A DNA stretch of 64,000 nucleotides from Ruditapes philippinarum (Eukaryota): the NCBI RefSeq assembly GCF_026571515.1, contig NW_026860903.1, positions 248,001-312,000 of the forward strand, read 5' to 3'. Numbering within the stretch: the first letter of the stretch is position 1; each line of letters starts with the position of its first letter. The notes below the pieces were generated by a model, which worked only from the letters and a program-made list of their open reading frames with translations, did not search any database and was not told the origin of the DNA. Below, one piece after another: positions 15,401-26,909 of this stretch. The position numbers and the translations under genes are program-made.

Positions 15401-18400
15401 CATCATTTTTATTTTCTTTTACTTTCTTTTTTGAACTTTCAATTGGGAATTTTTGCCTATGAATTGGGGGAAAAGATACTATTTTCAATTGGGAAAATAA
15501 CAAATATCAGCTATAAAATCAGCAGAAAAGAAAACTGGTACTAGACATCTTAATTGATGTATTTCTTACCCTTGATAGTGCTTTAATTGCTCTGACAGCA
15601 TCCCTACGGTCTTCAAGAAGAGTAGATGAAGAAGCTCTATCAACAAGTCTCTCAACCTGGTGCAATAAATACATATCAAACAGTTATAATAGATTCTACA
15701 AAGTAATTCGCATTATTTTACTCATTCAACTTCTATTTGAATACCATATAAATATCTGACAGCTCCAGCTATCATTAGATTAAAACTGAAAACAAGAGGG
15801 CCATGATGGCCCTGAAGTCGCTCACCTGTATATAGGCCCCAAGAGAGGGGCCAGTTTAAACCCCAGGGCTTTTATTTGAACAAACTTGGTAGACACCCAT
15901 TAGAAGATGTTTCATGCTAAACATCTAAGGTCTAGCTTGTTGGGTTTTTAAAAAAAAGATTTTTTCAAGTTTTTTCTTTACACATATAGTTAAAAACAAT
16001 GACACACCTGGGGCAGGGCCAGTTTTGACCCCAGGGCTTTTATTTGAACAATCATTGTAGACACTTACTAGCAAATGTTTCATGCTTAATATCTAAACTC
16101 TAGCTATTCAGGTTTTTTCAAAGAAATTTTTAAGTTTTTGCTATACACAAATAAGCAAAATCAATGTCTCCCGGGGCGGGGACAATTTTGTCCCCAGGGC
16201 TTTTATTTGAACAAACTTTGTAGACACACACTAGAAAATGCTTCGTGCTTAATATCTAAACTCTAGCTATTTGAGTTTTTTTCAAAGAAGATTTTTAAGT
16301 TTTTGTTATACACATATAAGGAAAATCAATGACCCCTGGGGCGGGGCCAATTTTGACCCCAGGGCTTTTATTTGAACAAACTTGGTAGACATCCATTAGA
16401 ACATGTTTCATGCTAAATATCTTAGCTCTAGCCCTTTCGGTTCTTTAAAAGAAGTTTTTTAAAGTTTTTACTTTATGCATATAGGGAAAATCAATGACCC
16501 CCGGGGCGGGGCCAATTTTGACTCCAGGGCTTTTATTTGAACAAATTTTGTAGACACTTACTAAAAAATGCTTCGTGCTTAATATCTAAACTCTAGCTAT
16601 TTGAGTTTTTTCAAAGAAGATTTTTAAGTTTTTGTTATACACATATAAGGAAAATCAATGACCCCTGGGGCGGGGCCAATTTTGACCCCAGGGCTTTTAT
16701 TTGAACAAACTTGGTAGACATCCATTAGAACATGTTTCATGCTAAATATCTTAGCTCTAGCCCTTTCGGTTCTGTAAAAGAAGTTTTTTAAAGTTTTTAG
16801 TATATGCATATAGGGAAATCAATGACCCCTGGGGCCGGGCCAATTTTGACCCCAGGGCCTTTATTTGAAAAAACTTGGTAGACATCCATTAGAACATGTT
16901 TCATGCTAAATATCTTAGCTCTAGCTCTTTGGGTTCTTTAAAAGATTTTTTTTAAGTTTTTACTATATGCATATAGGGGAAATCAATGACCCCCTGGGGC
17001 GGGGCCAATTTTGACCCCAGGGCTTTTATTTGAACAAACTTGGTAGACACACACTAGAAGATGTTTCATGCCAAATATCTAAGCTCTAGTTGTTTGGGTT
17101 TTTTAGAAGAAGATATTTAAAGTTTTTTCTTTTGGTTGCCATGGCAAACAGAGCTCTGCATGGAATTAAATTCTTTGAACAATTTTCAAAGGTGACCACC
17201 AAAGGAACATTCCTGTGAAGTTTGGATGAAATTGGCTTAGTGGTTTATGAGGAGATGTCATTTAAAGTAAGTTTATGGACGCTAGACGGACGCCGGACAA
17301 AAGCGATCACAGAAGCTCACCCTGTCACTTTGAGCTAAAAAGGCTTATAATTTATTGTTATATAGATTATTTACATTTACAAGGGGGCCCTGGATCGCTC
17401 ACCCGAGAAATATTTTAAAGTGGAGCCCCTTTTCACCCCATGAGGAATAGGGAAAAGATAAAACATTGCGAAAAAAACGCCGGTTTACAGTACATAAGCA
17501 AAATCAATGACCCCAGGGGAGGAGCCAATTTTGACCCTATGGGTTTTATTTCAACAAACATGGTAGATATATACTAGAACATGTTTCATGCCAAATATCT
17601 AAGCTCTTACTCTTTTAGATTTTTACAAGAAGATTTTTTAAGTTTCTACTATTTACATGTATATATATAGAAAGTCATATTCTGAATTCAAAGGCCCGTC
17701 GATCTTACAATCTTCTAACTTTTACAGGCCTCAATTGGAGTTTACAAGCCTCGGGCATCGGGCCTGTGCCTTATTACATAGAGGAAGGAGAAGGGCCCAC
17801 GAAAATGTTGTTTGAACTTTTGGCCCAACCCTTTTGTATGTACACTTGATTATGTCTGTAAAATAATAACCTTGTATAACGTGTGTTTATTTATACGCGG
17901 AAAGTCCAAGCGGGGCCAAAGGCCCCGCGAGGGCCGTAGCGCTCTAAGATAACATGTATGACGCTTATCAATTCAAATGAAATCAAATTAAAAGTAAATG
18001 AAAATTTCAAAAAAATATATAATTATCCTATACCTAATGAGCTGTGAAAAAATCCTTAGTTAACAGGGCGCCGCCATTTTGAAATCCTTTTGAGCTAAAT
18101 ATAGATATCAGAGCGCTTTTAATGAGCGTCTACATAATTCGGACTATTGCTAGCAGACGCATGCTAAAAAACACTTCCGGTGAAAGAAGGATGTATAAAA
18201 TCAGAAAATAAACATGCATTTCATTTATAAGAACTATAATAACGATTATAATAAAGTTACTTTAACATATCCTTTTTGATAAATTAGCACATCAAAAAAT
18301 AACGTTAAAACAATAACTGTTATTAGAGATTAACAAAAAATGGCGGACAGGATTTTCCAAACACCGTCGCATGCGCAGTGGTCCCCCTTTACATTTGGAG

Positions 18401-21400
18401 ATTTTCGGAATATTCCGAGCACTCCGATGATAGGTTGAACACCACCAATTTATTTGTTTTGTTTATTTTCTTTTTCCCGGGGTAATTTGCGGGGCCCCCT
18501 CGGGAAAGAAATCGTCGCCAATTGTGACAAATTTACATGAGTAAAGGGGGAAACTTTCAATTTCAGCAAAAAACGGGGTTAAAAAACACCTGCCCCAAAA
18601 GTTCCCCTCGTGCATCGCCCCAATCCTCGTTTTGGGAACCTTTTTAGGGAGGGGGTGCCCATCAGACTTCTGGTGGGGCCTGTTCCAAAGTGGGGACCCC
18701 AAAAGGGAAAAAGAACGGTATTGTAATGATTTGGGACACGGGAAAAAAGGGGTTGTAGGTATTTGTTGGGCAGGGCCCCCGGGTGTGTATCCGGGCAGGG
18801 TCAGTATGTGTGGGCTCGGATTTTCCACCAGGCTTTTAAATGATTTCTGTAAAATTTTTCACTGTTTTGGGTTTGCTGAGGCGGGTTTTCGGGGGAGTGT
18901 CCCAGCTTAGAGCTTCCATCATTGCCAGTAACGCTGCTGGTGGGTGACGATAATCACCTGTGCAGAACCTGGCTGCTCTTCGTTGGCAGTTCTCGAGCTT
19001 ACTGATGTTGGCCTTGGTGTGTGGGTCCCATACCGACGAAGCATACTCGAGCTGAGGTCTAACCAGTGTTTTGTAACATGTCGCCTTGATGTTCTGTGGA
19101 CAGTTGTGATAAGTTTCTGCGTAGAAAGGCAGTGGTGGTGTTCGCCTTCTTTGCAGTAGCGTCAATGTGGCTGTTCCAGGAAAGCGTATTGTCAAGTGTG
19201 ACACCCAGATACTTTGCCTTGTTCGTCTGCTTGAGTGTTTGGCCATGGATGGCATAGGACCAAGTTATCACTTTCCGCTTGTTGGTAAATGCGAATCATC
19301 TCACACTTGTCGGGATTAAACATCATCAACCAGTCTTGCTCCCAGTCTTGTAGGCGGTCAGATCCTGTTTGTAGTGCAATGCTGTCTTCCTTCAGAGCTG
19401 ATGGTCCTATATAGTAGGCAGTCATCTGCGAAGAGGTGTGCTGTGGAGGAGACCCTGCCCGGCAAGTCGTTAATGTAGACTAGAAACAAGAGAGGCCCTA
19501 GGACTGTGCCTTGCGGGACTCCTGATGTGACTGGTGCTGGAGAGGATGTCTTCCGCTTTGAGTACTACTTGTTGTTGACGGTGTGAGAGGAAGCTGTTGA
19601 TCCAACCCAGAGTCCTTGCCTCTGATCCCATAGTGGTGAAGCTTGGCCGAGAGACGTCGATGGGGGACCTTGTCAAACGCCTTGGAGAAGTCTAGTAAGA
19701 TGGCGTCGATCTGCTGTTGTTGTTCAGGCCCGTTGCAAGGTCTGGACTGTGGTGATCAGTTGCGTCTCGCATGATCTCTTCTTCCGAAGCCATGTTGCAT
19801 ATCGGAGAGGATGTTGTTCTGATCGAGGAAACTGATCACGTGGCTATGGACAATGTGCTCCATTTTGCAACAGATGGATTGTCAGCAGAGCTGGGGATAG
19901 TTTGAAGGGTTACTTTTGTCTCCCTTTTGAATAATGGTGTGACTAGTGCGCCCTTTTCCAGTCTTGGTTACTTGGCCTCTCGATTGTGTGAAGCTTGGAA
20001 TAATGAGTGTCCAGCATTGGGAATATGGCTTGAAGCCATTTCCCCTTCGAAATTCTGGATGGATTGGTCCCGGTCCGTGGGGCCTTGGGTGGGGTTGAAT
20101 TCTCCAGGAAGCTTCTTGACCATCCCTTCTCATGGGATCTGCAGTTTGGAGGGGCTGTTTCTTGAAGGTTAGGGGCCCATGTTCGGTGGCTCTTCACAAT
20201 TCCCTTCTTCGGTAAAGACGCGGACGGAGAATTGGGCAATTTGAGAATCTTCTGCTTTGGCACATGGGTCGGAATGGCTGATGCCATCTTTCTTGAGTGG
20301 TGCAACGCCTGAGCTGTCACTCTTCATGCTCTTGACGTACGAGTAGAGCTTTTTGTTATTGGTACCAGGGCTCACTGACCATGTTCCTAACATACTTGTT
20401 CCTGGTTTCTCGGCACTTTTGTTGATTCTGTTTCTGGATGCTCCTGTAAATGTCCCAGTCTGTCTGGTTCTTTTGATTTTCTGGCTTTCCTGTAGGCTCT
20501 TTTCTTCTTTCTGGCTAGACGCCTTATCAGTCGGTTACACCAGGGTTGATTGAATCTTGTGGATGTCAGTTTAGATGGCACAAACTCATCGATGGTGTCT
20601 GAGCACTTCTTCTTGAAGCTGGTCCACAGGGTGTTAATTGGGGTGCTCGAGTTGTGTTCCTGTATAAAATGTTGGGAGAAGTTGTTGAGATCTTCGTTCA
20701 TGGCCGGTATATTAGCTTTTTTCCATATAAGTAAATACGACGTTGGACTGGTTTCTGGCGTCTGGGAACAATATCAGAGTCCACAGTCACAATGTCATGG
20801 TCACTTATGCCAGGAATGGAAGAGCATCTTTCCACCAAGGTTGGTCTGTTCGTGCAGAAAATGTCAAGTGTGGTTGTCGTTACGTGTTAGGAAAATTTAC
20901 TATCTGTTCGCTGCCAATGTTCATTAAAATGTTGTCAATGAAGGTCTGGTTAATGGAACGGGAATACTGGTGGCCCCGGATGTTGTCTGTTGACGCCAAT
21001 CTATATCTGGAAGGTTTGGCATCCCCGCCCAGCCAGATGGAACTGTTCCTATTCTTTGAGTTGAGATTCTGGATTTCTTTGCAGAGGTCTGTTGCATAAG
21101 ATATGTTGTTATCTGTGGGACGGTAAAGGCAGCCGATGATAATAGGCTTCTTCGAGCTTGTGGTGTTAAACGATGCAGCAACAAACTCAGAGGTATCGCT
21201 ATTCAGTACTTCGGTGGCTTCCATGTCTTGCTTCGCTATAATCGCCACACCACCATACCGTATAAGTGGTTTTTTCTGCGGGCTCCAAATTCTGCGGTTT
21301 TTCAAAATTTTGGCATGTTTTTTTTTCTGCGGACTTTATTTCTGCGGGACATTCTTTGGACAAAACATGATTTAAATTCTGCGACTCGTCTTATCAAAGT

Positions 21401-24400
21401 CTAAGTTCACATTACCCTATCTATTATATTTTCATATAACACGTTCGCATTTGTTTGTCGTCGTCACTGCAAAACTTTATAGTAATTACAAAAATTATAT
21501 TGTTTGCTTGCAAACAAATATGATGCGCAACAATAGAAAGCTATACATCTTTGATCAGCGTGAAAGTAACGTGTGAAAAATATACCCCGGTAGTATGATC
21601 TTTAATTAAATGAAAATGAACATAAGTTTTACCGTATCGTATTAGATGACAATTAAAGTAAACAACGATTATTTAGCAGTATAAGGGTTGGAATGGTTCT
21701 TTAAAATATCTTTATTCTTAAATTAGCATAATTAACAATAAGTACATCCTTACAAACACACATTACATACAATTAGCCGACAGCAATTTTATACAACTTG
21801 AAAACTCGCTAAACCGTTTATTAAAATACTGTTTGTCGTTATTACTTTAGACGAAACAGGTCACAATGAAGGATACATATCGTAGCAGGTAAGAGAAAAT
21901 AGTCTGCGGTTTTTATTTCTGCGGTGCCGAAACTGACCGCAGAAAACGCAGAAATAAAGTCATCGCAGAAAAAACCACTTATACGGTATGTGCTGTTCGG
22001 TCGATCGCGGCGTGTAACAAACCTGTAGTTGTCAGGCAAAACTTCCCTTTCTGCGATGCTAGTGTTCAGCCAGGTCTCGCTGGCAAGGACAACATCTGGG
22101 TCTGCCTGCTCAAGTAGTGCCCAGAACGCTTCTCTCTTGGCACGCATGCTCTGAAAGTTGATGATCAGTGTACGCAATTTCTTCTTGGCAGTTGGCTGCT
22201 TGCGACGACTGGCAGTAGGCGATGACGCATACTGTGGGGAACCAAAGACTGAAGACTGGTTGGAAGAAAACGAGGTTGAAGAAGGTGTCGAGCAGGACGC
22301 TGATGCTTCAAAGTCCATATATAGACTGGAATTAAAGTTGGGGATCCCACATTGGCAAGCAATTCCATGTGATGTCAGTACCGTCTAACGCATCATAAAT
22401 AAGGGTAGTCATTTGCAAGCAATGTTTATGAAACCATTTTTCACAGTTAGTGCACTGGATTGATCTGACAGTTCTGGACCAAACGCATGCTCTCCCACAC
22501 TCCCCACAAGGAAACCTGACAGTTCTTGGACCTGGATTTGGGTGGCAGTCTGAGGCATTCAGAAGCAGCAAGGAGAACAGGTACAGAAAATGTCCGGACA
22601 TACATTTCTTTGGGGCTGAAAACATTGCATGTTTGTTGAACGTAGAACAGCTGATGTTGAAAACACCTGGATAAAATACAATCTGTGTACATGTTATAGG
22701 CCGGGGTGGAGTGTAGGCACTATAGCAGTGGCTGATAGTTATCAGGGATACGATGAAATACGATGACAGCAAAACAAGGTTCATCTCTTGAACGCAATTC
22801 GGATGTGTACATAAATTTCGGATGTAAACAAATCCGACTTCCTGTTGTGACGTCACTTTACCGCTGCGAGAAAAAAAGTGGAAAACTTCGCTAAAATCGG
22901 GTGCAGGACAGTATTTGTAGGTTCATAAAGAGGGGAATACTACAATGGAATGATCAAACCAAGGAGAAGATCGTGGTGTTGTTTGTAACTCGTAAAACAA
23001 TTTGTTTTCTCTCTGCGGAAACGGCGAGATGATGTTCCCTTCACGCATGCGCACTTATTTATGGTAGAAAGATCTGGTTTACATGTACACTAAACATGTT
23101 ATGCTAAAATCATTATTCATAAGAGCTTTCCGCGCCATAGCAGGGTTTTACGGGACGCAGAATTCTGCGTCCCTATACGCATAAATTTTGACATGTACGC
23201 ATATAAGTTATCCACTTGCGTCCAAGTGTACGCACAAAAATAATTCTAGACAATAGATATTATTGTTTCTGACCCGACATGATTTTATCTCTTTCTTCTC
23301 GAAGCTCATAAAATTCCATTTGAACCTAATGCTTGCATTGTTTATTCGGAAGTTAACATAATTGAAATCTACTGCGCATGCTATTTGCAAGTGCCCGCTG
23401 CAGAAAATGATGACGTTTATCGTGCAAGCTACAGTAACTGATGACGTTTACCGTAAAATCTATTTTTGGTAGCTGTTTTTGGTTTTTCTATTGCTATATT
23501 TAGACGGACTATTTATAACAAGCAATTACTATTGGTTAGCGTATCCAATGTCGATCTACCAGTTCGGCGATTGTATTTTGTACATGAACAGCGATAATAA
23601 AAAATGCAGTGCTTTTTGCAAAGTGTTATATGAAAAAGTGTTAGAAATTAAGTCACTGGGTATGTTATTATCGTTGGTGTTATAAATATAATGGTTTCGG
23701 CGAACTTAATTTATGACTGGGACATCAAGTATGTCCCAGCTTATGAGGAGGTGCAAAAGCGGTTTTGTCGGCCTTTTGTTTTATGATATTTTTAAAAACA
23801 CAACATATTTAGCTGACTGGTCTGTAAAGACATCTATTGTGTGTTTACTTGTTCAGCTAAAATATTTACAAATAGATCAGTACAAATTTTCAGTCTGTTG
23901 GTGTAATCACCTTGTCAATAACAACATATGCTACTAAAACTTGACATTCCAGCCACTCAAAGACTTATAAGCCTTGGAAATAGCACATGATATTATTGTA
24001 AAGGGCTACTAAAATGCTATAAAAAACCTAGTGATAAAAGATATTGAAATAATATACTTCTTATGAAAACAGTACAATATACATGCATATTTCTTACAGG
24101 GTAAATAAACGATTTTAAGCAAAATAGAGTGGTCTTCATAGTCTTTTATAGTGAATATAATTTTGGACCCCTAAAATTCAGGCCTGGACCCCTACTTTTC
24201 TAGGCTGTGCATCCACTGGACCCCTAAAATTTCAAAGAGATGTAAAACCCTGCCATAGGTAGCACCTAATTTCATATTACAATAAAATGTTATCAAACTT
24301 AAACTCATTTCGCAGACTGCCGTTGTTTAAATATCTGTTTAAATGCTAGTCCTATAAATATGACGTCGCTTTGGGATATTTTTGCTTCTGGGCAAAGCAA

Positions 24401-25434
24401 CGTCATATCGAAATTGCTCAAAAACCCATAGCATGTTCCGCCAGAAAATCGGGCGGAACGAAAAACAATGAAGACAGCGTGTATTTACATAATTTTTGAC
24501 CTATTTATAAACAAAACTAAAAAATAAATACCTTTTGTCAAAATAATTAAACTGTCACATCCTAAAAATCATGATTAAATCCTCTCATGTATTTCAATTC
24601 CTTTTACAGCTGATAAACAAATGGCGGCCGTAAAGTGCGCGAAATCTGATTGGCTAATTCAAATGCAAGCGTTTAACTGAGTCAGAACAATATAACGGAA
24701 TATTTTTTTAACGAAATAATTGCCCATGCACCGTCAGTGTGTTCGAATATATTTTTTCGTTCAAAAATTTGGAATCAATCTGTAAAGCACCTTGCTTAAC
24801 CAGTATGGCTGATAGACAAAAATAGATTGATGTTTATATTTTATTTTAAATTGATAAGTACATCGTTTGAAAGTTTTTGTGTATGATTGAGCATGAAATT
24901 GAAAGAAAATATGATAAGCTTTTGAATAAAGCTTGAAAGGCAAGACAATAGACATTTTTGGAATTTTTTATGATGCTATTCGTTTTTGAGCAATAACTAT
25001 TAGACGTCAGGCTTGACCGACAAAAACTATAACAAGCCTGTAACGTCTAATATATTGGACTATTTAAATGCCCACTCATCTGCTCATGTTAAAAATATTT
25101 GTCAGTTGCTAAGGGTAGAGCAAGGTGGAGTTAGAGTTTAACCTAAGGTGCCTGTACCTTATTAGGAACTTTACCAGAAACGTCCTAGCGAAAACATGTT
25201 TTCGCCAAAACTGGCCAGTTATTTTGATACCCCACCCACCAGTTTGTACACGTAAACCGGTGTCTAATTTTCTTTCAAGCACTGACGCAGTTTATTTAAA
25301 AAAATGTAAGTTGACAAGAAAATAATGTTTTCTTACACATGACATACTTTTCAACACCTTAAACTTACTGTTTCAGCACCACTGGGCTGTCCTTCTCCAG
25401 GTTGTGCTCCCAAATATTTACGGAAGTAGTCCAT
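434..25434 (-). CDS. USO1: General vesicular transport factor p115 (USO1); 20 coding exons in window, terminal acidic-tail exon beyond left edge
   Basis: Exons traced with GT/AG ends and consistent phase, in transcript order: 25369-25434 ([22 protein letters not shown]), 15570-15656 ([29 protein letters not shown]), 14203-14341, 13705-13808, 12813-12971, 12359-12479, 11894-12084, 11443-11583, 10426-10514, 7065-7219, 6650-6855, 5903-6013, 5044-5165, 4266-4447, 3758-3873, 3046-3184, 2517-2626, 1844-2062, 997-1149, 434-595. Diagnostic p115 head motifs ([13 protein letters not shown]; [21 protein letters not shown]; [18 protein letters not shown]; [14 protein letters not shown]; [25 protein letters not shown]), then coiled coil and [15 protein letters not shown]. 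Confidence 0.96.
5166..5902 (-). other. U12-type (minor spliceosome) GT-AG intron of USO1
   Basis: Minus-strand donor reads GTATCCTTT. Branch site CCTTGAC (plus strand gtcaagg 5176-5182) has its A about 12 nt from the acceptor CAG. No polypyrimidine tract. Confidence 0.9.
8126..9368 (-). mobile_element. HINE/Helentron-associated non-autonomous element with about 7 copies of a 163-164 bp tandem repeat, in the USO1 intron between exons 10426-10514 and 7065-7219
   Basis: Inverted subterminal repeat gctcgactattc / gaatagtcgagc. Hairpin gctgtcggtaggacagc next to the aacaagagc end. (gccgac)n microsatellite near 9305. Repeat anchor agttacctcc at about 8198, 8361, 8525, 8688, 8851, 9015, 9179. Confidence 0.85.
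13050..13660. repeat. Degenerate tandem repeat of about 120 bp units, probably an old HINE-type internal array
   Basis: Recurring gcaatcccaag...cttgatataagctaccc...caaactgaagttat...tttctatttttagcaacagtgacc, about 4 copies. Confidence 0.6.
14521..15537. mobile_element. Putative non-autonomous CAG-terminated (hAT-like) element; related fragment inverted at about 9790-10095
   Basis: Ends caggtattttttt and aaaagaaaactg, flanked by gtacc/gtact. Repeated ttggga subterminal motifs. The segment ttccagtattttgggaacatgaccc has an inverted match near 10060-10090. Confidence 0.4.
15790..17340 (-). mobile_element. HINE-like element with about 8 copies of a 164 bp repeat (same family as 28138-29533); truncated extra copy at about 17380-17660
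   Basis: End aaacaagag with hairpin gggccatgatggccc and gctcacctg. Anchor gggcttttatttgaac at about 15866, 16034, 16197, 16362, 16527, 16691, 16855, 17020. gacgga microsatellite and gagctaaaa at the other end. Confidence 0.85.
18449..22860 (-). mobile_element. APE-type non-LTR retrotransposon (CR1/L2-group-like): hydrophobic leader, 2A-like motif, PHD finger, endonuclease, reverse transcriptase; frameshifted and interrupted
   Basis: [27 protein letters not shown] motifs [38 protein letters not shown]-region pieces [80 protein letters not shown]-rich tail near 18449-18470. GC content higher than the flanks. 5-prime boundary approximate. Confidence 0.93.
21258..21986. mobile_element. Tc1/mariner-type MITE inserted in the LINE endonuclease domain
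   Basis: Perfect 23 bp TIR ccgtataagtggttttttctgcg / cgcagaaaaaaccacttatacgg with TA target duplication. Excision restores [19 protein letters not shown]. Confidence 0.92.
23141..24252. mobile_element. Non-autonomous TIR element with CAGGG ends and 6 bp TSD (hAT-like)
   Basis: TIR cagggttttac / gtaaaaccctg. Direct repeat ccatag at 23135-23140 and 24253-24258. Confidence 0.8.
24347..25062. mobile_element. Non-autonomous TIR element with TAG ends and 9 bp TSD
   Basis: Imperfect TIR tagtcctataaatatgacgtc / aacgtctaatatattggacta. Direct repeat tttaaatgc at 24338-24346 and 25063-25071. Confidence 0.75.
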
Positions 25435-25600
25435 TTTGGAACTGTAACGCATGCGCAGCGACGTGGCAGTATGCCTTGTCGGTAAGCGCTTGCAATTATC
25501 ATTAACGATCTACACGGACTTTAATTGAATTGTAATTTAAATCCGTGACGATCTATTAGACTTTTATCTGCATGCGCCTGTACAATTATCAAACCGCAAA
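25431..25600 (-). promoter_or_regulatory. Probable USO1 core promoter/5-prime UTR (housekeeping type)
   Basis: CpG-enriched. NRF1-like cgcatgcgca at 25448-25457 and tgcatgcgcc near 25569. YY1-like aaaatgg overlaps the start codon. Confidence 0.5.
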
Positions 25601-26376
25601 ATAAATCTTAAAGGCACTTCTCTGTTATTTTTAAATCGATTTTTATTTGTTTGGGTCGTCAGACCAAACAAATAATGGTAGCGAAATTTCAGAGTCTAAT
25701 GTTCTTAATTGCAAATGCCGAAAGTAGTCCACTTTTTTGAAGCGGTTACTTCCCTTTTGTATGTACACTAAAGCCGAAAAATTCAGGGGAGATCACTGCG
25801 TAAAGATGGTCAAAGACAGGCGCATCAATTTTCAAGCAAAGTAATTCCCGAATGGTCGAAGATTTCTAATATTGTTTTCTGGTATTTTCTGATCGAAAAT
25901 AACTAAATACAAAGCGGACATTCAATCTCTGACACAGAAGTTTATGACAAACCTAACAACAAGTAGTTCTCAAAACAGCTTAAAACTAGCGATTTAAAAG
26001 AAAGAAATATATTATTTTGTTACAAGTATCCAACAAATTACAACGCATTTAAAGTTAAACAATAGCGTTGGATTATAGAATTGTCAATAAATGCACAATC
26101 ACAAATTACGCGGATGAATATGATTTTATCAATGAAAATACTATTTTTAGCCATGTAGATTACCGAATACTACACAAACCGAGTAGAAGAATATATAGAT
26201 TCTACATGTCGGACTGTTTGGGCGAGAGGATTTTCGCTAAAATATTTACTTCAATTTTAAACAACAGGTTTACCCTGAACAAAATACCTCGAAATTAATA
26301 AGGATTACAAACCTGAATGCAATGGAAGTTCTAAATTTAGAATGACTCGATATTATTCAGACATTCTGTGTATAAC

Positions 26377-26459
26377 TTCTCCGTGGTACAGTGGTAACGC
26401 GCTCGCTTAGTGAGTGAGAGGTCTCGAGTTCGAATCCCAGTCGAGGAAATTTTTTTTTT
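26377..26459 (+). pseudogene. tRNA-derived sequence (tRNA-Pro-like pseudogene or SINE head) followed by a T run
   Basis: A-box-like tggtacagtgg, anticodon arm ctcgc-ttagtga-gtgag, B-box gagttcgaatcc, oligo-T. T and acceptor stems pair imperfectly. Confidence 0.55.
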
Positions 26460-26837
26460 GTTAAATTCTTTTTTTAATTGTTTTTGTTAAGGAAGTAGCC
26501 ATGATTTACAAGGATAAAGTGTGGCTGTCGTAAAAAAGTACATAAATGATTTTTTGATGCAACTCTAGTTATGCAGAATTCCGTATGTGCCTTACAAAAT
26601 GAATTATAATACATAAAAATAAACTTATACAGGAAAATGCATACAGATATACAGTACGATTTAGATTGCAAAGATCAGAAAATACCAAAGAACTTGAAGC
26701 CCTTTGATTCTTTATAAATATACATGCTTATAGTAAGCTTCAGGATTATTTACATCTGTGTTAAACAACAGTTAAAAGTCGTTACAAGCCCTAATTTAGA
26801 ATAATATGGTTTTCTTCAGGCCGTTCACATATAAATT

Positions 26838-26909
26838 TAACCGTGGCTGAAGGGTTTTCGGGCTCGCTTAGGAAGCGAGAGGTCTGGAGTTCAAATCCCA
26901 GTAAAGGTA
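26838..26909 (+). pseudogene. Second tRNA-Pro-like degenerate copy
   Basis: ctcgcttaggaagcgagaggtctggagttcaaatcccag resembles the anticodon and T arms of eukaryotic tRNA-Pro(AGG). D arm is degenerate. Confidence 0.5.

Larger units (their letters stand above)
17892..24275 (+). mobile_element. Putative HINE-like host element split by a LINE and a MITE
   Basis: cgcggaaag (17896-17904) has its inverted copy ctttccgcg at 23126-23134. Removing the 23141-24252 MITE places that copy directly before the hairpin taggt-agc-accta (24256-24268), the same inverted-repeat plus hairpin layout as other HINEs here. Confidence 0.45.

Noticed and set aside
18463-22674. Many overlapping plus- and minus-strand ORFs as separate genes or horizontally acquired GC-rich DNA
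   Set aside because: All are frameshifted pieces or antisense shadows of one LINE.
26377-26909. Functional tRNA genes
   Set aside because: Acceptor, D and T stems pair poorly; treated as tRNA-derived relics.
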